Below, one piece after another: positions 38,508 to 47,877 of a stretch of 64,000 bases of DNA. The notes below the pieces were generated by a model. It did no database searches, was not told the DNA's origin, and saw only the letters and a list, made by a program, of their open reading frames with translations. The position numbers and the translations under genes were made by a program. Positions within the stretch are counted from its first letter, which is position 1. Each line of letters starts with the position of its first letter. The DNA is from Candidatus Microgenomatus sp. (lineage in GTDB: Bacteria > Patescibacteriota > Microgenomatia > UBA8517), in NCBI GenBank assembly GCA_020724555.1, contig DYGT01000004.1:9564-73563 (forward strand), given 5' to 3'.

Positions 38508-40091
38508 AGACACCAAGCTAATGATATCAACCAACGCCCTACTTCTGGTCTCTTTCCACTTTACATAAACTTTGTGTTTGCCGGGGGACAGGAAAAAAGT
38601 GATTTGGCCATAGGGCTCTCCGGGTGTAGTTTTAACTTCAGTTCCGTCTACTTTTGTCACCCAACCTGGGAAATAATACGCCCAGAAGGTGAAAGTCGAA
38701 TCCTTTTCGGCTAACACTTCAAACTCATAGTGGATATCAGAAATTTTCTTGGTTTCAAATATCTGTCCATTTGTAATTTCAGCTTTACTTTCAAAGGGCC
38801 TTTCCGGGCGCTTGTCTGCCCATTTGGGTAAAAGCAAATAATCTTCGCTGTAGTTAGGGTCGTTAAAAAAACGCTCCAAATAATAAGCGTCGGACTTATA
38901 AACAACTTCTGCAGGTCTAAAGTAATTAAAAGTTAATATCAAAGAAAAAGTTATAAAAATTAAGGCAAATATTTTTTCGTTTTTTGTGTTATCTAAAAAT
39001 ATTGCTAAAGAAATAGCAGAAAAAAATCCGGTTAAAAACAAAAGCCTCCAGGGAAACTGGATAAAACCATAAAAAGGTATTACTCTCCAAATGGGATAAG
39101 TCCTTATGTTCATAAACAAAACGCTTATGGCAAAACCGAATATTGTAAGTAAAGCCAATGTCAATTGCTTTGTTTTTTTTCTTTTTAAGAAAATCAAGAT
39201 TCCCAGCGATAAAACGGCAGCCATGTTTACAATCCCTAACTGAAATGAAATCTCGTCCCCGGGTCCCCATACGGAACTGCCATAACCCCAGCTAGGCAAA
39301 AGCAGTTGTTTTATAAAAGGGAAATGGTCAACCAATAAAAAAGGCGTTTTATCTGCCACTAAACCCTGATCCATAAGCGCCGGCAGCCACCAATAAATAG
39401 TGATCAAAGCCGAAGAAAATGCACTAAGAATTAATTTTCCCAAAATCTTTAATCTATCCTTTTGTTTGTAGATTTCGAAAATTGCCAATATCCCCAAAAA
39501 AGGTATTGTTAATACCCACAAATAATTATGCGATAATAAATAAATACTTAAAACAAGGCTGAATATTGAAAAATTTTTGATGTTTGTCTTTCTGATTAGC
39601 CTTACTAAACCCCATGCGACAAGTGGCAAAATTGCAATGATTAATACCTCTCCCATCGCTCCACGCACATATAGTTGTACGGCTCTGTAGGGCGTGTATA
39701 AATACAATAAGGCACCGGCCAGGGATGCTATTTTGTCCATATAAAGTCGCAAAAACCCATACATGCTGTAAAGAGATACAAATATACTTGTAAGAAAAAC
39801 CAATTTAAAAGCCAAGGTGAGACTGCCCAATAACGAGTAATATAAAGCCCCGAGATAAAAAGGAAAAACGTAATAAAAATGGAATAAAGGATATCCCAAA
39901 CCCCAGGTAAAATCCGGCCCTAACCGCGGCGGCAACTGCCCAGCAAAAAAAGCGCGGTACATCTCATAAATATCGGCTAAATGGTGTAGGTCATGGGGCT
40001 CGTAAAATCCGGGTAACAAAAGCGGCAGACCCGCTGGAATCGCACCAAAAGTTAATATTATTAATGGCCAGTATTTTTTTAAGTATTTCAT
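38439..40091 (-). CDS. GT-C membrane protein, 'PTPS-related' family (family C)
   Basis: PHD..H, G.GYP.F.FY, YTPYR....YVRGA.GE, IQFPWR, DYL, YFPGW motifs. Confidence 0.82.
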   Translation of the reverse strand: MKYLKKYWPLIILTFGAIPAGLPLLLPGFYEPHDLHHLADIYEMYRAFFAGQLPPRLGPDFTWGLGYPLFHFYYVFPFYLGALYYSLLGSLTLAFKLVFLTSIFVSLYSMYGFLRLYMDKIASLAGALLYLYTPYRAVQLYVRGAMGEVLIIAILPLVAWGLVRLIRKTNIKNFSIFSLVLSIYLLSHNYLWVLTIPFLGILAIFEIYKQKDRLKILGKLILSAFSSALITIYWWLPALMDQGLVADKTPFLLVDHFPFIKQLLLPSWGYGSSVWGPGDEISFQLGIVNMAAVLSLGILIFLKRKKTKQLTLALLTIFGFAISVLFMNIRTYPIWRVIPFYGFIQFPWRLLFLTGFFSAISLAIFLDNTKNEKIFALIFITFSLILTFNYFRPAEVVYKSDAYYLERFFNDPNYSEDYLLLPKWADKRPERPFESKAEITNGQIFETKKISDIHYEFEVLAEKDSTFTFWAYYFPGWVTKVDGTEVKTTPGEPYGQITFFLSPGKHKVYVKWKETRSRALVDIISLVSLIAVFGLLVGANYSKSHRAIRK

Positions 40092-41750
40092 CTAAGTGTA
40101 GTCAAAAATCTTTTTCTTATTTTTAATCCAAATACCGGAAATTACAACAAAAATAAAGGTAATAATGGTAAAAAGGTCTGCTAACGCTCGAAACCGGGTT
40201 TCTTCAAAAAACCCACGCACCATATATGTACCGGGTTCCAAATTAAGAGAAATTAACCCAAGCTCCCGCGTGGGGATAATTTGCTGTTTTTCATTTTCCA
40301 AATAAACGTTCCATCCCGGGAAATAAATTACCGGAACAGCGATCTCTGCCGCAGTGTAGACTTTTGCGTCAAAAAAGAAATAGTTTGATTTTTTTGTAAA
40401 ATTTAAAGTCTCAGCTTCTCCCGTAAGTACTAAAGCATGGTTTGGTGCCAATGCCTTTGGATTAGTTGAGGCAGTTTTCGGCAAATAATCAAGTACAGCT
40501 GACCCTTGTTGCTTTATTAAGTTTCTGCCCGTTAATTTGCTAATATCCGTTTCATTAGGATAGTGGTGCTCGGCTCTAAAATAGCCGTGATACAAAAGTA
40601 TCGGTACAACCAAAACCATAGCCACAATTGCTTTTGATATTTTGCTATTTAAGACAGAACCCGACACAAAGGACAACAAAAAAATACTTATTCCCAAAAA
40701 ACGCCAGGGAAACTGGACAAACTCCAAAAACGGCAAGCTCTGCCAAATAAAGCTTGAGCGACCGTGTGTCATGAAGGTTGAAAGTGAAACTCCGAGCAAC
40801 AAAACCCAAATTAGGGCAAATTTTGTTTTATCTTTTTTCCAAAATTTTAGCGACAATAATGCAGCCAAAACCGCGGTCAAGCTATGAAACCAGCCAATTT
40901 GAAAAGACATGCCATCCTCCGGTCCAAAAACAGAACCCCCAAACCCCCAGGATCGCTCAAAAAAAAGCTGTTTTAATGAAACGAAGTGTGCATGAAAATC
41001 ATAATATTCATCAATAAATAATTCAGTTTGGATCAAATTGCGCTCAAAAAACGCAGGGAACAAAAAAAAGGCAGACAGACCAAATGCCAATATAAGCGCA
41101 AACCCATAATCAATAAGTAAACTTGCCCTTTTTGTCTTTAGAAATAAATAAGCAGTCCAAATGACGGTAAAAGGCGCAAACATCACTAAAGATATATTGT
41201 GTGTCATAAACAAAAACCCCAAACTAATGCTTGTGTACAAAACATATTTCCAGCGTCTTTTTGTAGAGAGTAAATATAATCCATGCCAAACAAATGGCAA
41301 CAGCATAAGTGCAAAACTTTCAGCCAAGGCTCCACGCACATAGATGTCGAGCGCATGATAGGGCGCATAAACATACAAAAGTGCAGAAAACAGCGCTCCT
41401 CTATTTCCCCAAAATTCACGCGCAAAAATATACATGCCAATGCCCGACCCCAAAAGAGATATTAAAAACAATGCCTTTACGGCAGTAATATAAGACAATG
41501 AAAACTTGACTAAAATAGCGCCCAGATAATAGGGAAAGGCACTGTAATAATTAAACATCGCCTGGCCATAACCCCATGCCATATCTGGTGAATAGCGGCA
41601 CGGTATTTGCCCGTCCATTAAGCATTTATCCATCTGCCAAAGACGCATCACCTGTAAATCATCGTGCATACTGAAATAACCCGGGCGAAGCAAATACCAC
41701 CATGCCGGTATAGTCAATATTAAAAAAATGATTAAATATTTTTTAAACAT
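40092..41750 (-). CDS. GT-C membrane protein, 'PTPS-related' family (family C)
   Basis: MHDD.Q, PCR..PDM..GYG, YVRGA.AE, VQFPWR, DYLP, YFPGW motifs. Confidence 0.82.
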   Translation of the reverse strand: MFKKYLIIFLILTIPAWWYLLRPGYFSMHDDLQVMRLWQMDKCLMDGQIPCRYSPDMAWGYGQAMFNYYSAFPYYLGAILVKFSLSYITAVKALFLISLLGSGIGMYIFAREFWGNRGALFSALLYVYAPYHALDIYVRGALAESFALMLLPFVWHGLYLLSTKRRWKYVLYTSISLGFLFMTHNISLVMFAPFTVIWTAYLFLKTKRASLLIDYGFALILAFGLSAFFLFPAFFERNLIQTELFIDEYYDFHAHFVSLKQLFFERSWGFGGSVFGPEDGMSFQIGWFHSLTAVLAALLSLKFWKKDKTKFALIWVLLLGVSLSTFMTHGRSSFIWQSLPFLEFVQFPWRFLGISIFLLSFVSGSVLNSKISKAIVAMVLVVPILLYHGYFRAEHHYPNETDISKLTGRNLIKQQGSAVLDYLPKTASTNPKALAPNHALVLTGEAETLNFTKKSNYFFFDAKVYTAAEIAVPVIYFPGWNVYLENEKQQIIPTRELGLISLNLEPGTYMVRGFFEETRFRALADLFTIITFIFVVISGIWIKNKKKIFDYT

Positions 41751-43395
41751 GTTTAAATTTATACCAATAAAGCACCAAAGCTAATACGCTTGCCACAGTT
41801 AAAGCATTTGCAATTTTGCGGATAGGGGTGTCCACCAATTCCAAATACAAGGCATATTCTCCCCGACCCAGGGTAAAAGAAGGCAAACCAAGCGGGTTAT
41901 CGTAGCTAAATTTTGTTTTTTGCCCGTTAACATAAAGATTTGTCTCCGGAAAATAATATTGCGGTAAACTAATGACGGCACTATCGGATATGACCGAGAT
42001 GTTATAGTTTATCCAGTCCGTACCTCTTTTTTGGGAATTGACTAATAATTGCCCTTGTTCAACAATCGGCCCGTCAGGTGCCTTATCGTTCGGAGGCTCA
42101 GTGGCATAAATCGGTAAATAATCAAAAATGCTTATTGTTTGTTGTTTATCCCAAAGTTCACCTGAAAATTTTTCTTTGTCCGTCATGGCTACTATTTTTT
42201 CCGGTTTAAAAAAAGAAAAATTAAATAACGCCAAAAAAACAACAACCATTGCCAATGGCAGTAACTTTGGCTTTAAATAATCTCCAAATAATCCCGCCAG
42301 CAGCGAAATAAACAAAATGGCTAAAGTTAAAAACCGCCAGGGAAACTGGACAAATGACAATACTGGAAATAACCCCCAAATAAAATTCGAGCGGCTATGA
42401 GTCATAAATATGCTCAAGAAAAAAAGAAATAATACAAAAATAAAAAGCTTCAGATTTTCAGATTTCCTTAAAACAATAAGGGACAAAAGCGAAATAACGG
42501 CAAAAATTATGTGAGCCATGCCTAAACCCAAAAATAACTCATCTTTCGGCCCCAAATCGCTTGTCCCATAACCCCAAAAAGTACGGACAAAAAGCTGGGA
42601 GAGGCTTAAAAAATGCCGCTTATAATCAAAATATCCCATGGTTATAGTATCAATATGTACATATTTTTTCTCAAACCAAGCAGGAAGCAAATAAAAAGCG
42701 GATAGTCCAACTCCCCCAAGCACGGCGCATATTAAATTAAAAATAGATTTTTTAATATTACTTTTGTTTTGTAGCAAAAAATATCCGGCCCAAAGGGCAA
42801 AAAAGGGGGCAGCAATTAAGCTTGTGATATTATGCGTCATCAGCAAAAATGCAAAAAACACGCTTAAACCAAGTGTCGCGTGCTTTTTGTTTTCAATTAC
42901 CCGTTTTGTGTACAAAAATATGAATGGTAAGAAACTCATAGCCCAAAATTCGCCCACAGCACCCCTGACATACATATCTACCGCACGGTAAGGGGCATAC
43001 ACAAAAAACAAAACCGCCAGCATACTTGCCGTTTTATTGAAAAATTCACGCGCCAACAAATACATGCTTATGGCCGATATGGGGATAGTTATAATAAACC
43101 CGACTTTTACGCTGTCGATAATGCTTATTCCTAAAAAAGTTAATGCAGCCATAAAGTAATAAGGCAGAGGACCATAAAAATTAAACTGTGGATAACCGTA
43201 ACCATACCCCATGTCCGGCACCCACCGGCAAGGGATTTGCCCGTCTAAAATACATTTACGCATCTCTAGCGTGCGCATTGCCTGCATGTCGTCGTGCATA
43301 GGAAAATATCCGGGCTTTGCGATACTCCAAAAGGAAGGGAGCAATAGAATTACTAAAATTATAAAAAACAAATTTTTTTTAAGAAGCCTTTTCAT
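41743..43395 (-). CDS. GT-C membrane protein, 'PTPS-related' family (family C)
   Basis: MHDDMQ, PCRWVPDMGYGYGYP, YVRGA.GE, VQFPWR, DYLP motifs. Confidence 0.82.
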   Translation of the reverse strand: MKRLLKKNLFFIILVILLLPSFWSIAKPGYFPMHDDMQAMRTLEMRKCILDGQIPCRWVPDMGYGYGYPQFNFYGPLPYYFMAALTFLGISIIDSVKVGFIITIPISAISMYLLAREFFNKTASMLAVLFFVYAPYRAVDMYVRGAVGEFWAMSFLPFIFLYTKRVIENKKHATLGLSVFFAFLLMTHNITSLIAAPFFALWAGYFLLQNKSNIKKSIFNLICAVLGGVGLSAFYLLPAWFEKKYVHIDTITMGYFDYKRHFLSLSQLFVRTFWGYGTSDLGPKDELFLGLGMAHIIFAVISLLSLIVLRKSENLKLFIFVLFLFFLSIFMTHSRSNFIWGLFPVLSFVQFPWRFLTLAILFISLLAGLFGDYLKPKLLPLAMVVVFLALFNFSFFKPEKIVAMTDKEKFSGELWDKQQTISIFDYLPIYATEPPNDKAPDGPIVEQGQLLVNSQKRGTDWINYNISVISDSAVISLPQYYFPETNLYVNGQKTKFSYDNPLGLPSFTLGRGEYALYLELVDTPIRKIANALTVASVLALVLYWYKFKHV

Positions 43396-44107
43396 ATTTT
43401 CCTTGAATATTCCACCAACGTATCAGCAAAAGGTCACGAAGCGATGTGACAACGGCGTCAAACAATTTCACTTTTGTATCTTTTCGATTCTTCCAGGCAA
43501 CGGGGATTTCTTTAATTTCATACCCATATTTGTGAGCTAAAAACAAGATTTCGGCGTCATATACCCAGCGATTGATCAATGCATGGGAGAAAATATCTTT
43601 GGCAGCAGCCCTTCTAAATCCTTTAAAACCGCAGGTAAAATCTGATAAATTTACGCCCATAATCGTCCTTGTTAAAGTTGTAAATACTTTTCCCATCGAT
43701 TCGCGGGCAATTGGTTGATGAACGACAATATCCGAGCCTTTAGTTCTTCTGGAAGCAATTGCTACATCCGTTGATTTTAGGGCTTCCAAAAAATCTTTTA
43801 CTTTTTTTATATCAACCGACAAGTCTACATCAGAAAAGATTATGTAATGACCCTCTGCTGCCTGCATCCCTTTTTTAAGGGCAGCGCCTTTACCCATGTT
43901 TTTGCCTGATTTTAGTAGCTTTACATTTTTATTTCCATATTTTCTGACGATCGCAGCAGTTTTATCTCTTGAACCATCATCAACTACGATTATTTCCCAG
44001 TTTAGATTTAACTTAGTCAAGTACGCTACACTTCTATCCAAGGTATTTTGGATAATATTTTCTTCGTTATATGCCGGAAATATTAAGGTTAAATCAGGAT
44101 TTTTCAT
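43379..44107 (-). CDS. GT2 dolichyl/polyprenyl-phosphate glycosyltransferase (DPG synthase-like)
   Basis: PAYNEE, VDDGSRD, NMGKGAA, FSDVDLS, DFTCGFK, YDAEIL motifs. Confidence 0.88.
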   Translation of the reverse strand: MKNPDLTLIFPAYNEENIIQNTLDRSVAYLTKLNLNWEIIVVDDGSRDKTAAIVRKYGNKNVKLLKSGKNMGKGAALKKGMQAAEGHYIIFSDVDLSVDIKKVKDFLEALKSTDVAIASRRTKGSDIVVHQPIARESMGKVFTTLTRTIMGVNLSDFTCGFKGFRRAAAKDIFSHALINRWVYDAEILFLAHKYGYEIKEIPVAWKNRKDTKVKLFDAVVTSLRDLLLIRWWNIQGKYEKAS

Positions 44108-45341
44108 AAATTGCCTTTAGAGATATATAAAAAGAAGAAGCCGCAAATATGCTTCTGACTATACTTTTAACCATAAAAACATCGATATAGTGGGATAGGA
44201 TTTTGTCTAAAGGTTTAGCTTGTAAAATTTTAGGAAATAGCGGGTTAAACAATCCAAATGAAAGTGAGGGTTCAAACAAAAACGTCAAAACCAGCCAGCT
44301 TATAAATATGACCGCCACCAACTCCCACATATAAAAATTATTTTTTACTAAAAACCATATCAGCAGTGGGCTCGCCCACACAAACCATTGGGGGTGAAAA
44401 TGGCTTACGGAAAAAATTAACAACAAGGCGGCCAGATACAATCCGTTTAAAGAAACGCGGTGTCTTTGGTAATAAACTAAAAAATATAATACAAACAATA
44501 AAAGTACAAATGGATAAACCACCTCGGCGGCCGTAACATTAAGCCCCATAAATAGCATTTTTTGGCTTTTGGGAGAAAATAAAACCATGCTGCGGAAAGC
44601 GCTTGAACCTAAAAAAGGCAGGATTGTTATAACAAATGGGGTTAAGCCTAAAAGAATCAGCTTAAATCTTGATAAAAATTTACCCGATAAATAAAAGGCT
44701 GCAAGGGGCAACAACAAAAGCGGATACAATTTATACGCCCCTCCGATTCCCAGACTGACCACCGCTAAGTTAGGCTTCTGTTTTTTAACAAAATAAAGCG
44801 AGAGCACAACAAAAAAAGTGGGCAAAATATCGAGCTGCCCGATCATAAAAGTGGCGTATATCGTCAGCGGATTAAACATCCAAAAAGCAAACGCTTTTAT
44901 TTTTTGTTTTTTATCAGAAAACAAGCTAGAAAGCATAAAGGCTATCCCGATATCAAAAAACAAATATGGTAATTTATAAAACAAGAGGTGGCGATAAAGG
45001 CCCTGATATTCATAAACATTATCCAGATTACTCCAAAGCCATGGAATAAAATTATTATCTGTAAACGGAGCGACTAAGATCCGAAATAACCCAAGCGTAA
45101 AATATGTAAGAGGTGGATAGATAAAAATATCAGAAACCCCGAAATTTAAAACCAAAGGGTGTTCAGGGGGAAGACTTAGCAAGTACTCGTAGATATTAAA
45201 TACGCCCTCGGAAGAAAAAAAATATGCCGTAAAGCTGTGCCCCCAAAGGTCCGGGTGCAGGGTTATAGGCATTAAAATTAGCCTGAGCATTATTCCCAGA
45301 ATAGCCATTTTAAACCACCAAAAATTTTCTGTTTTTTTCAT
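44094..45341 (-). CDS. GT87/ALG-like GT-C membrane glycosyltransferase
   Basis: TLHPDL, YPPL.Y, KLPYL.FD, FNP....GQLD, HPQW. Start placed at ATG 45341 (the ORF extends to 45362). Confidence 0.78.
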   Translation of the reverse strand: MKKTENFWWFKMAILGIMLRLILMPITLHPDLWGHSFTAYFFSSEGVFNIYEYLLSLPPEHPLVLNFGVSDIFIYPPLTYFTLGLFRILVAPFTDNNFIPWLWSNLDNVYEYQGLYRHLLFYKLPYLFFDIGIAFMLSSLFSDKKQKIKAFAFWMFNPLTIYATFMIGQLDILPTFFVVLSLYFVKKQKPNLAVVSLGIGGAYKLYPLLLLPLAAFYLSGKFLSRFKLILLGLTPFVITILPFLGSSAFRSMVLFSPKSQKMLFMGLNVTAAEVVYPFVLLLFVLYFLVYYQRHRVSLNGLYLAALLLIFSVSHFHPQWFVWASPLLIWFLVKNNFYMWELVAVIFISWLVLTFLFEPSLSFGLFNPLFPKILQAKPLDKILSHYIDVFMVKSIVRSIFAASSFYISLKAIYEKS

Positions 45342-45345
45342 ATTT

Positions 45346-46926
45346 TTAAAGTTTATCATCATTCATGCTTGTTTCCGACATAAGCTCAAAAAGATAAAAA
45401 GTATCATATTCTCCGTGTTTATGAAATTCAAAAATATCTTGGGGGCGCAAAGCTTTTTTAAATTCTTTTACAATACGAAGGTTATGATTTTCAAAATCAG
45501 AAAACTTTAGCCTCGAACTGTTCACTGCAAAATAGGTTAAATTACCGGCTTTTTTTGACTCAACAAGGCTCTCGGGAACTTCTTTAAAATCCAACCCGGT
45601 GCCGATTACCAAAACATTTGGCGTTCCCTGCAAATAAATTTGCATGCCGTCCGGAAGCGTACCAAAATAACCTTCCGTTCCCACAACTATTTTTTTGTCC
45701 GGATTTTCCGTTTGAATATCTTTAATTATGTCCGACGCTTCCTTAATACCCGTGCCCGATGTCCACTCTTCCAGATAACCGGACCGTTCGCTTCTGGGGA
45801 GATTGGCGGCGCTTGGGTTAGTTAAAAGTTTTTGATTATAAATAAAGGCCTGCAGTATAAATATGCCAAGTATTATTAGAGCAGCTTTTTTTAAATATAA
45901 TTTTTGAGTAGAAAAAAAACCGGCCGCTAATATATACAAAGGTGGAAGCGTAAACAAAATATAGCGTGCCGTAAATACCTTGGCATACATTGCCTGTATG
46001 CTTAGCGGAAACAAAAATAAAAATAAAAGCAAAAGTGTCTCACGCCATTTGCTTTTTATATTTAAAAATACGGCTCCAACGGCTAAAAACAAGATTGTTC
46101 CTGGTCCCATAATCCAAATCCACTCCAAAGCACGGTCAAGATGAGGAATAAACGGATCCATGGGATTTTGCCAAATATGACTGATGGGAAAAACATAGTC
46201 CTGAGTACGCGAGCTTAGCATATGAAAATTGGGGCCTAAGCGCTGAATGTTATATAAACAAAAAGCAAAAGTATAAATAACACCCACCAAAAACCCCAAT
46301 TGCAAAATGTTTATAAATATCTTTTTTTTAGGCCAAGGAAGGCTTAATATCCAAAACAAAGGCAGCATGATTGCTACAAATAAAGCCGGTGATTTAGTAA
46401 GACTGGTCAGCCCCAGAAACATACCTGTCATAATTGCGGTATCGATTCGTTTTGTTTTAGCGGTAAGGGCTGCAAACATAAAAGTCAGGGTTGTTAAAAA
46501 AGCCAAAAGAGAATCCACCAAAGCCATCCGGTCAAAAAACAGCGAAAAAGGCGATATTGCCCAAAGCAAAGAGGCTACAAGCGATACTTTTTTGTCGTTA
46601 AATAACAACTGGCTAAGTAAAAATATTGCTATCACAGTCCCCAACCCAGCTGCTACGGAAACCAATCTTCCGGCAACTAACGGGTCAGAGAATCGGTTTA
46701 CTAAAAACATTAAAACCCACATAAATAAAGGTTGTTTACCATCGGAAAGTGGCAAAAAACGAAGCGTCGGCTCGGCCGCCATCACTTGCGACCAGCGTAT
46801 ATAGATGGCTTCGTCTGCAAATATAGGTAAAATCGTTAGGTTAAAAATCCGAAGAAATAAAGCGATTAATAAAATTATGAGTAACACCGCCAAATAGGGC
46901 AACCAAGACATAATTTCTTTTCTCAT
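45346..46926 (-). CDS. ArnT/PMT-like GT-C glycosyltransferase
   Basis: LPIFADEAIYIRW, DGKQPL, GRLVS, FFDRMALVD, ARY motifs. Confidence 0.85.
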   Translation of the reverse strand: MRKEIMSWLPYLAVLLIILLIALFLRIFNLTILPIFADEAIYIRWSQVMAAEPTLRFLPLSDGKQPLFMWVLMFLVNRFSDPLVAGRLVSVAAGLGTVIAIFLLSQLLFNDKKVSLVASLLWAISPFSLFFDRMALVDSLLAFLTTLTFMFAALTAKTKRIDTAIMTGMFLGLTSLTKSPALFVAIMLPLFWILSLPWPKKKIFINILQLGFLVGVIYTFAFCLYNIQRLGPNFHMLSSRTQDYVFPISHIWQNPMDPFIPHLDRALEWIWIMGPGTILFLAVGAVFLNIKSKWRETLLLLFLFLFPLSIQAMYAKVFTARYILFTLPPLYILAAGFFSTQKLYLKKAALIILGIFILQAFIYNQKLLTNPSAANLPRSERSGYLEEWTSGTGIKEASDIIKDIQTENPDKKIVVGTEGYFGTLPDGMQIYLQGTPNVLVIGTGLDFKEVPESLVESKKAGNLTYFAVNSSRLKFSDFENHNLRIVKEFKKALRPQDIFEFHKHGEYDTFYLFELMSETSMNDDKL

Positions 46927-46973
46927 TACTCTAAATTGTAGCGCAAACGAAGTTATTTAAAAATTGCATCTTT

Positions 46974-47066
46974 TTATTTTTTTTGTTTTTCTGGTCTAAA
47001 CGCTTTAATGTATCGATACATCAATACAAATATAACAAAATATAACAAAAATAAAATTAAGGACAT
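46974..47066 (-). CDS. Putative 30-aa single-TM small protein (MSLILFLLYFVIFVLMYRYIKAFRPEKQKK)
   Basis: Manual translation of the largest intergenic gap: hydrophobic stretch followed by a basic tail; in frame with the stop of the upstream GT2. Confidence 0.4.
   Translation of the reverse strand: MSLILFLLYFVIFVLMYRYIKAFRPEKQKK
47008..47021. promoter_or_regulatory. Perfect 14-bp palindrome ATGTATCGATACAT (possible operator)
   Basis: Self-complementary sequence about 70 bp upstream of the -10 of the 46926 gene; function inferred only. Confidence 0.35.
47031..47050 (+). repeat. 10-bp tandem direct repeat TATAACAAAA x2
   Basis: Exact copies at 47031-47040 and 47041-47050. Confidence 0.7.
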
Positions 47067-47087
47067 GGAGCAAAAAATAGAATTTAA

Positions 47088-47855
47088 CTAAGAATTGATT
47101 TTATACTTACCTTGAATTGCATTCAGGCGCACACGAACTAAGTCCCGCAATCCCTGCCATGCGTCTTTTATGGGACTAACTCTTTTTGTATCCTGGTGGT
47201 GCCAAATGACTGGAACTTCCACAACTTTCAAACCAAGCTTTCTTGCTACATAAAGTACTTCCAAATCAAAACCGGCAGTAACGGCAGCACCTTTTGCTTT
47301 TTGTTCTTCACTAAAAATCTTTAAGCGTTTAAAAATTTCCTTTGACGCGTCTTGTTTGAATGCTTTAAAACCACACTGGGTATCTTTAAAGGGCAAACGC
47401 AATATGAGGCTACGAAGGAAAGAAAATCCCCAGGCCATGGCTTTTCGGACCAAAGGAGCTCCCTGCCTTCCTGAACGTACACCAATCACCACATCTGCTC
47501 CTTTTCTGAATTCCGGTATAAACTTATCAAATTCAGGCAAAGGGGTTGCCTGGTCCATATCTGTAAATAAAACAATATCCCCCCTGGCTTCAAGCATACC
47601 GGCAATTACCGTACCGCCTTTACCGCGGTGTGGCTGGGCAGATACACGAAATCCTTTGTGTTTTTTGGCGTAATCTTGTGCCAATTTTAAGGTATTATCT
47701 GTAGACTTATCGTCTACCACCAGCACTTCCCAGGTAAAATTTTGTTTAACTAAATACTGGTTTACACTCTCAAGCGTACCGTTTTTGATATTATCCGCTT
47801 CGTTATATGCGGGTATAACAACGGACAGATAAAGATTTTTTGTGTCTAAAGCCAT
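47088..47855 (-). CDS. GT2 dolichyl/polyprenyl-phosphate glycosyltransferase (DPG synthase-like)
   Basis: LSVVIPAYNE, VDD.STD, H.GKG, FTDMDQ, DTQCGFK, FDLEVL. Start placed at ATG 47855 (the ORF extends to 47894). Confidence 0.88.
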   Translation of the reverse strand: MALDTKNLYLSVVIPAYNEADNIKNGTLESVNQYLVKQNFTWEVLVVDDKSTDNTLKLAQDYAKKHKGFRVSAQPHRGKGGTVIAGMLEARGDIVLFTDMDQATPLPEFDKFIPEFRKGADVVIGVRSGRQGAPLVRKAMAWGFSFLRSLILRLPFKDTQCGFKAFKQDASKEIFKRLKIFSEEQKAKGAAVTAGFDLEVLYVARKLGLKVVEVPVIWHHQDTKRVSPIKDAWQGLRDLVRVRLNAIQGKYKINS

Positions 47856-47877
47856 AGCCTTTATTATTGTAACTTGA

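Noticed and set aside
38439-43395. Pterin biosynthesis (6-pyruvoyl-tetrahydropterin synthase)
   Set aside because: These are ~550-aa polytopic membrane proteins without T-fold PTPS motifs; the family name is misleading.
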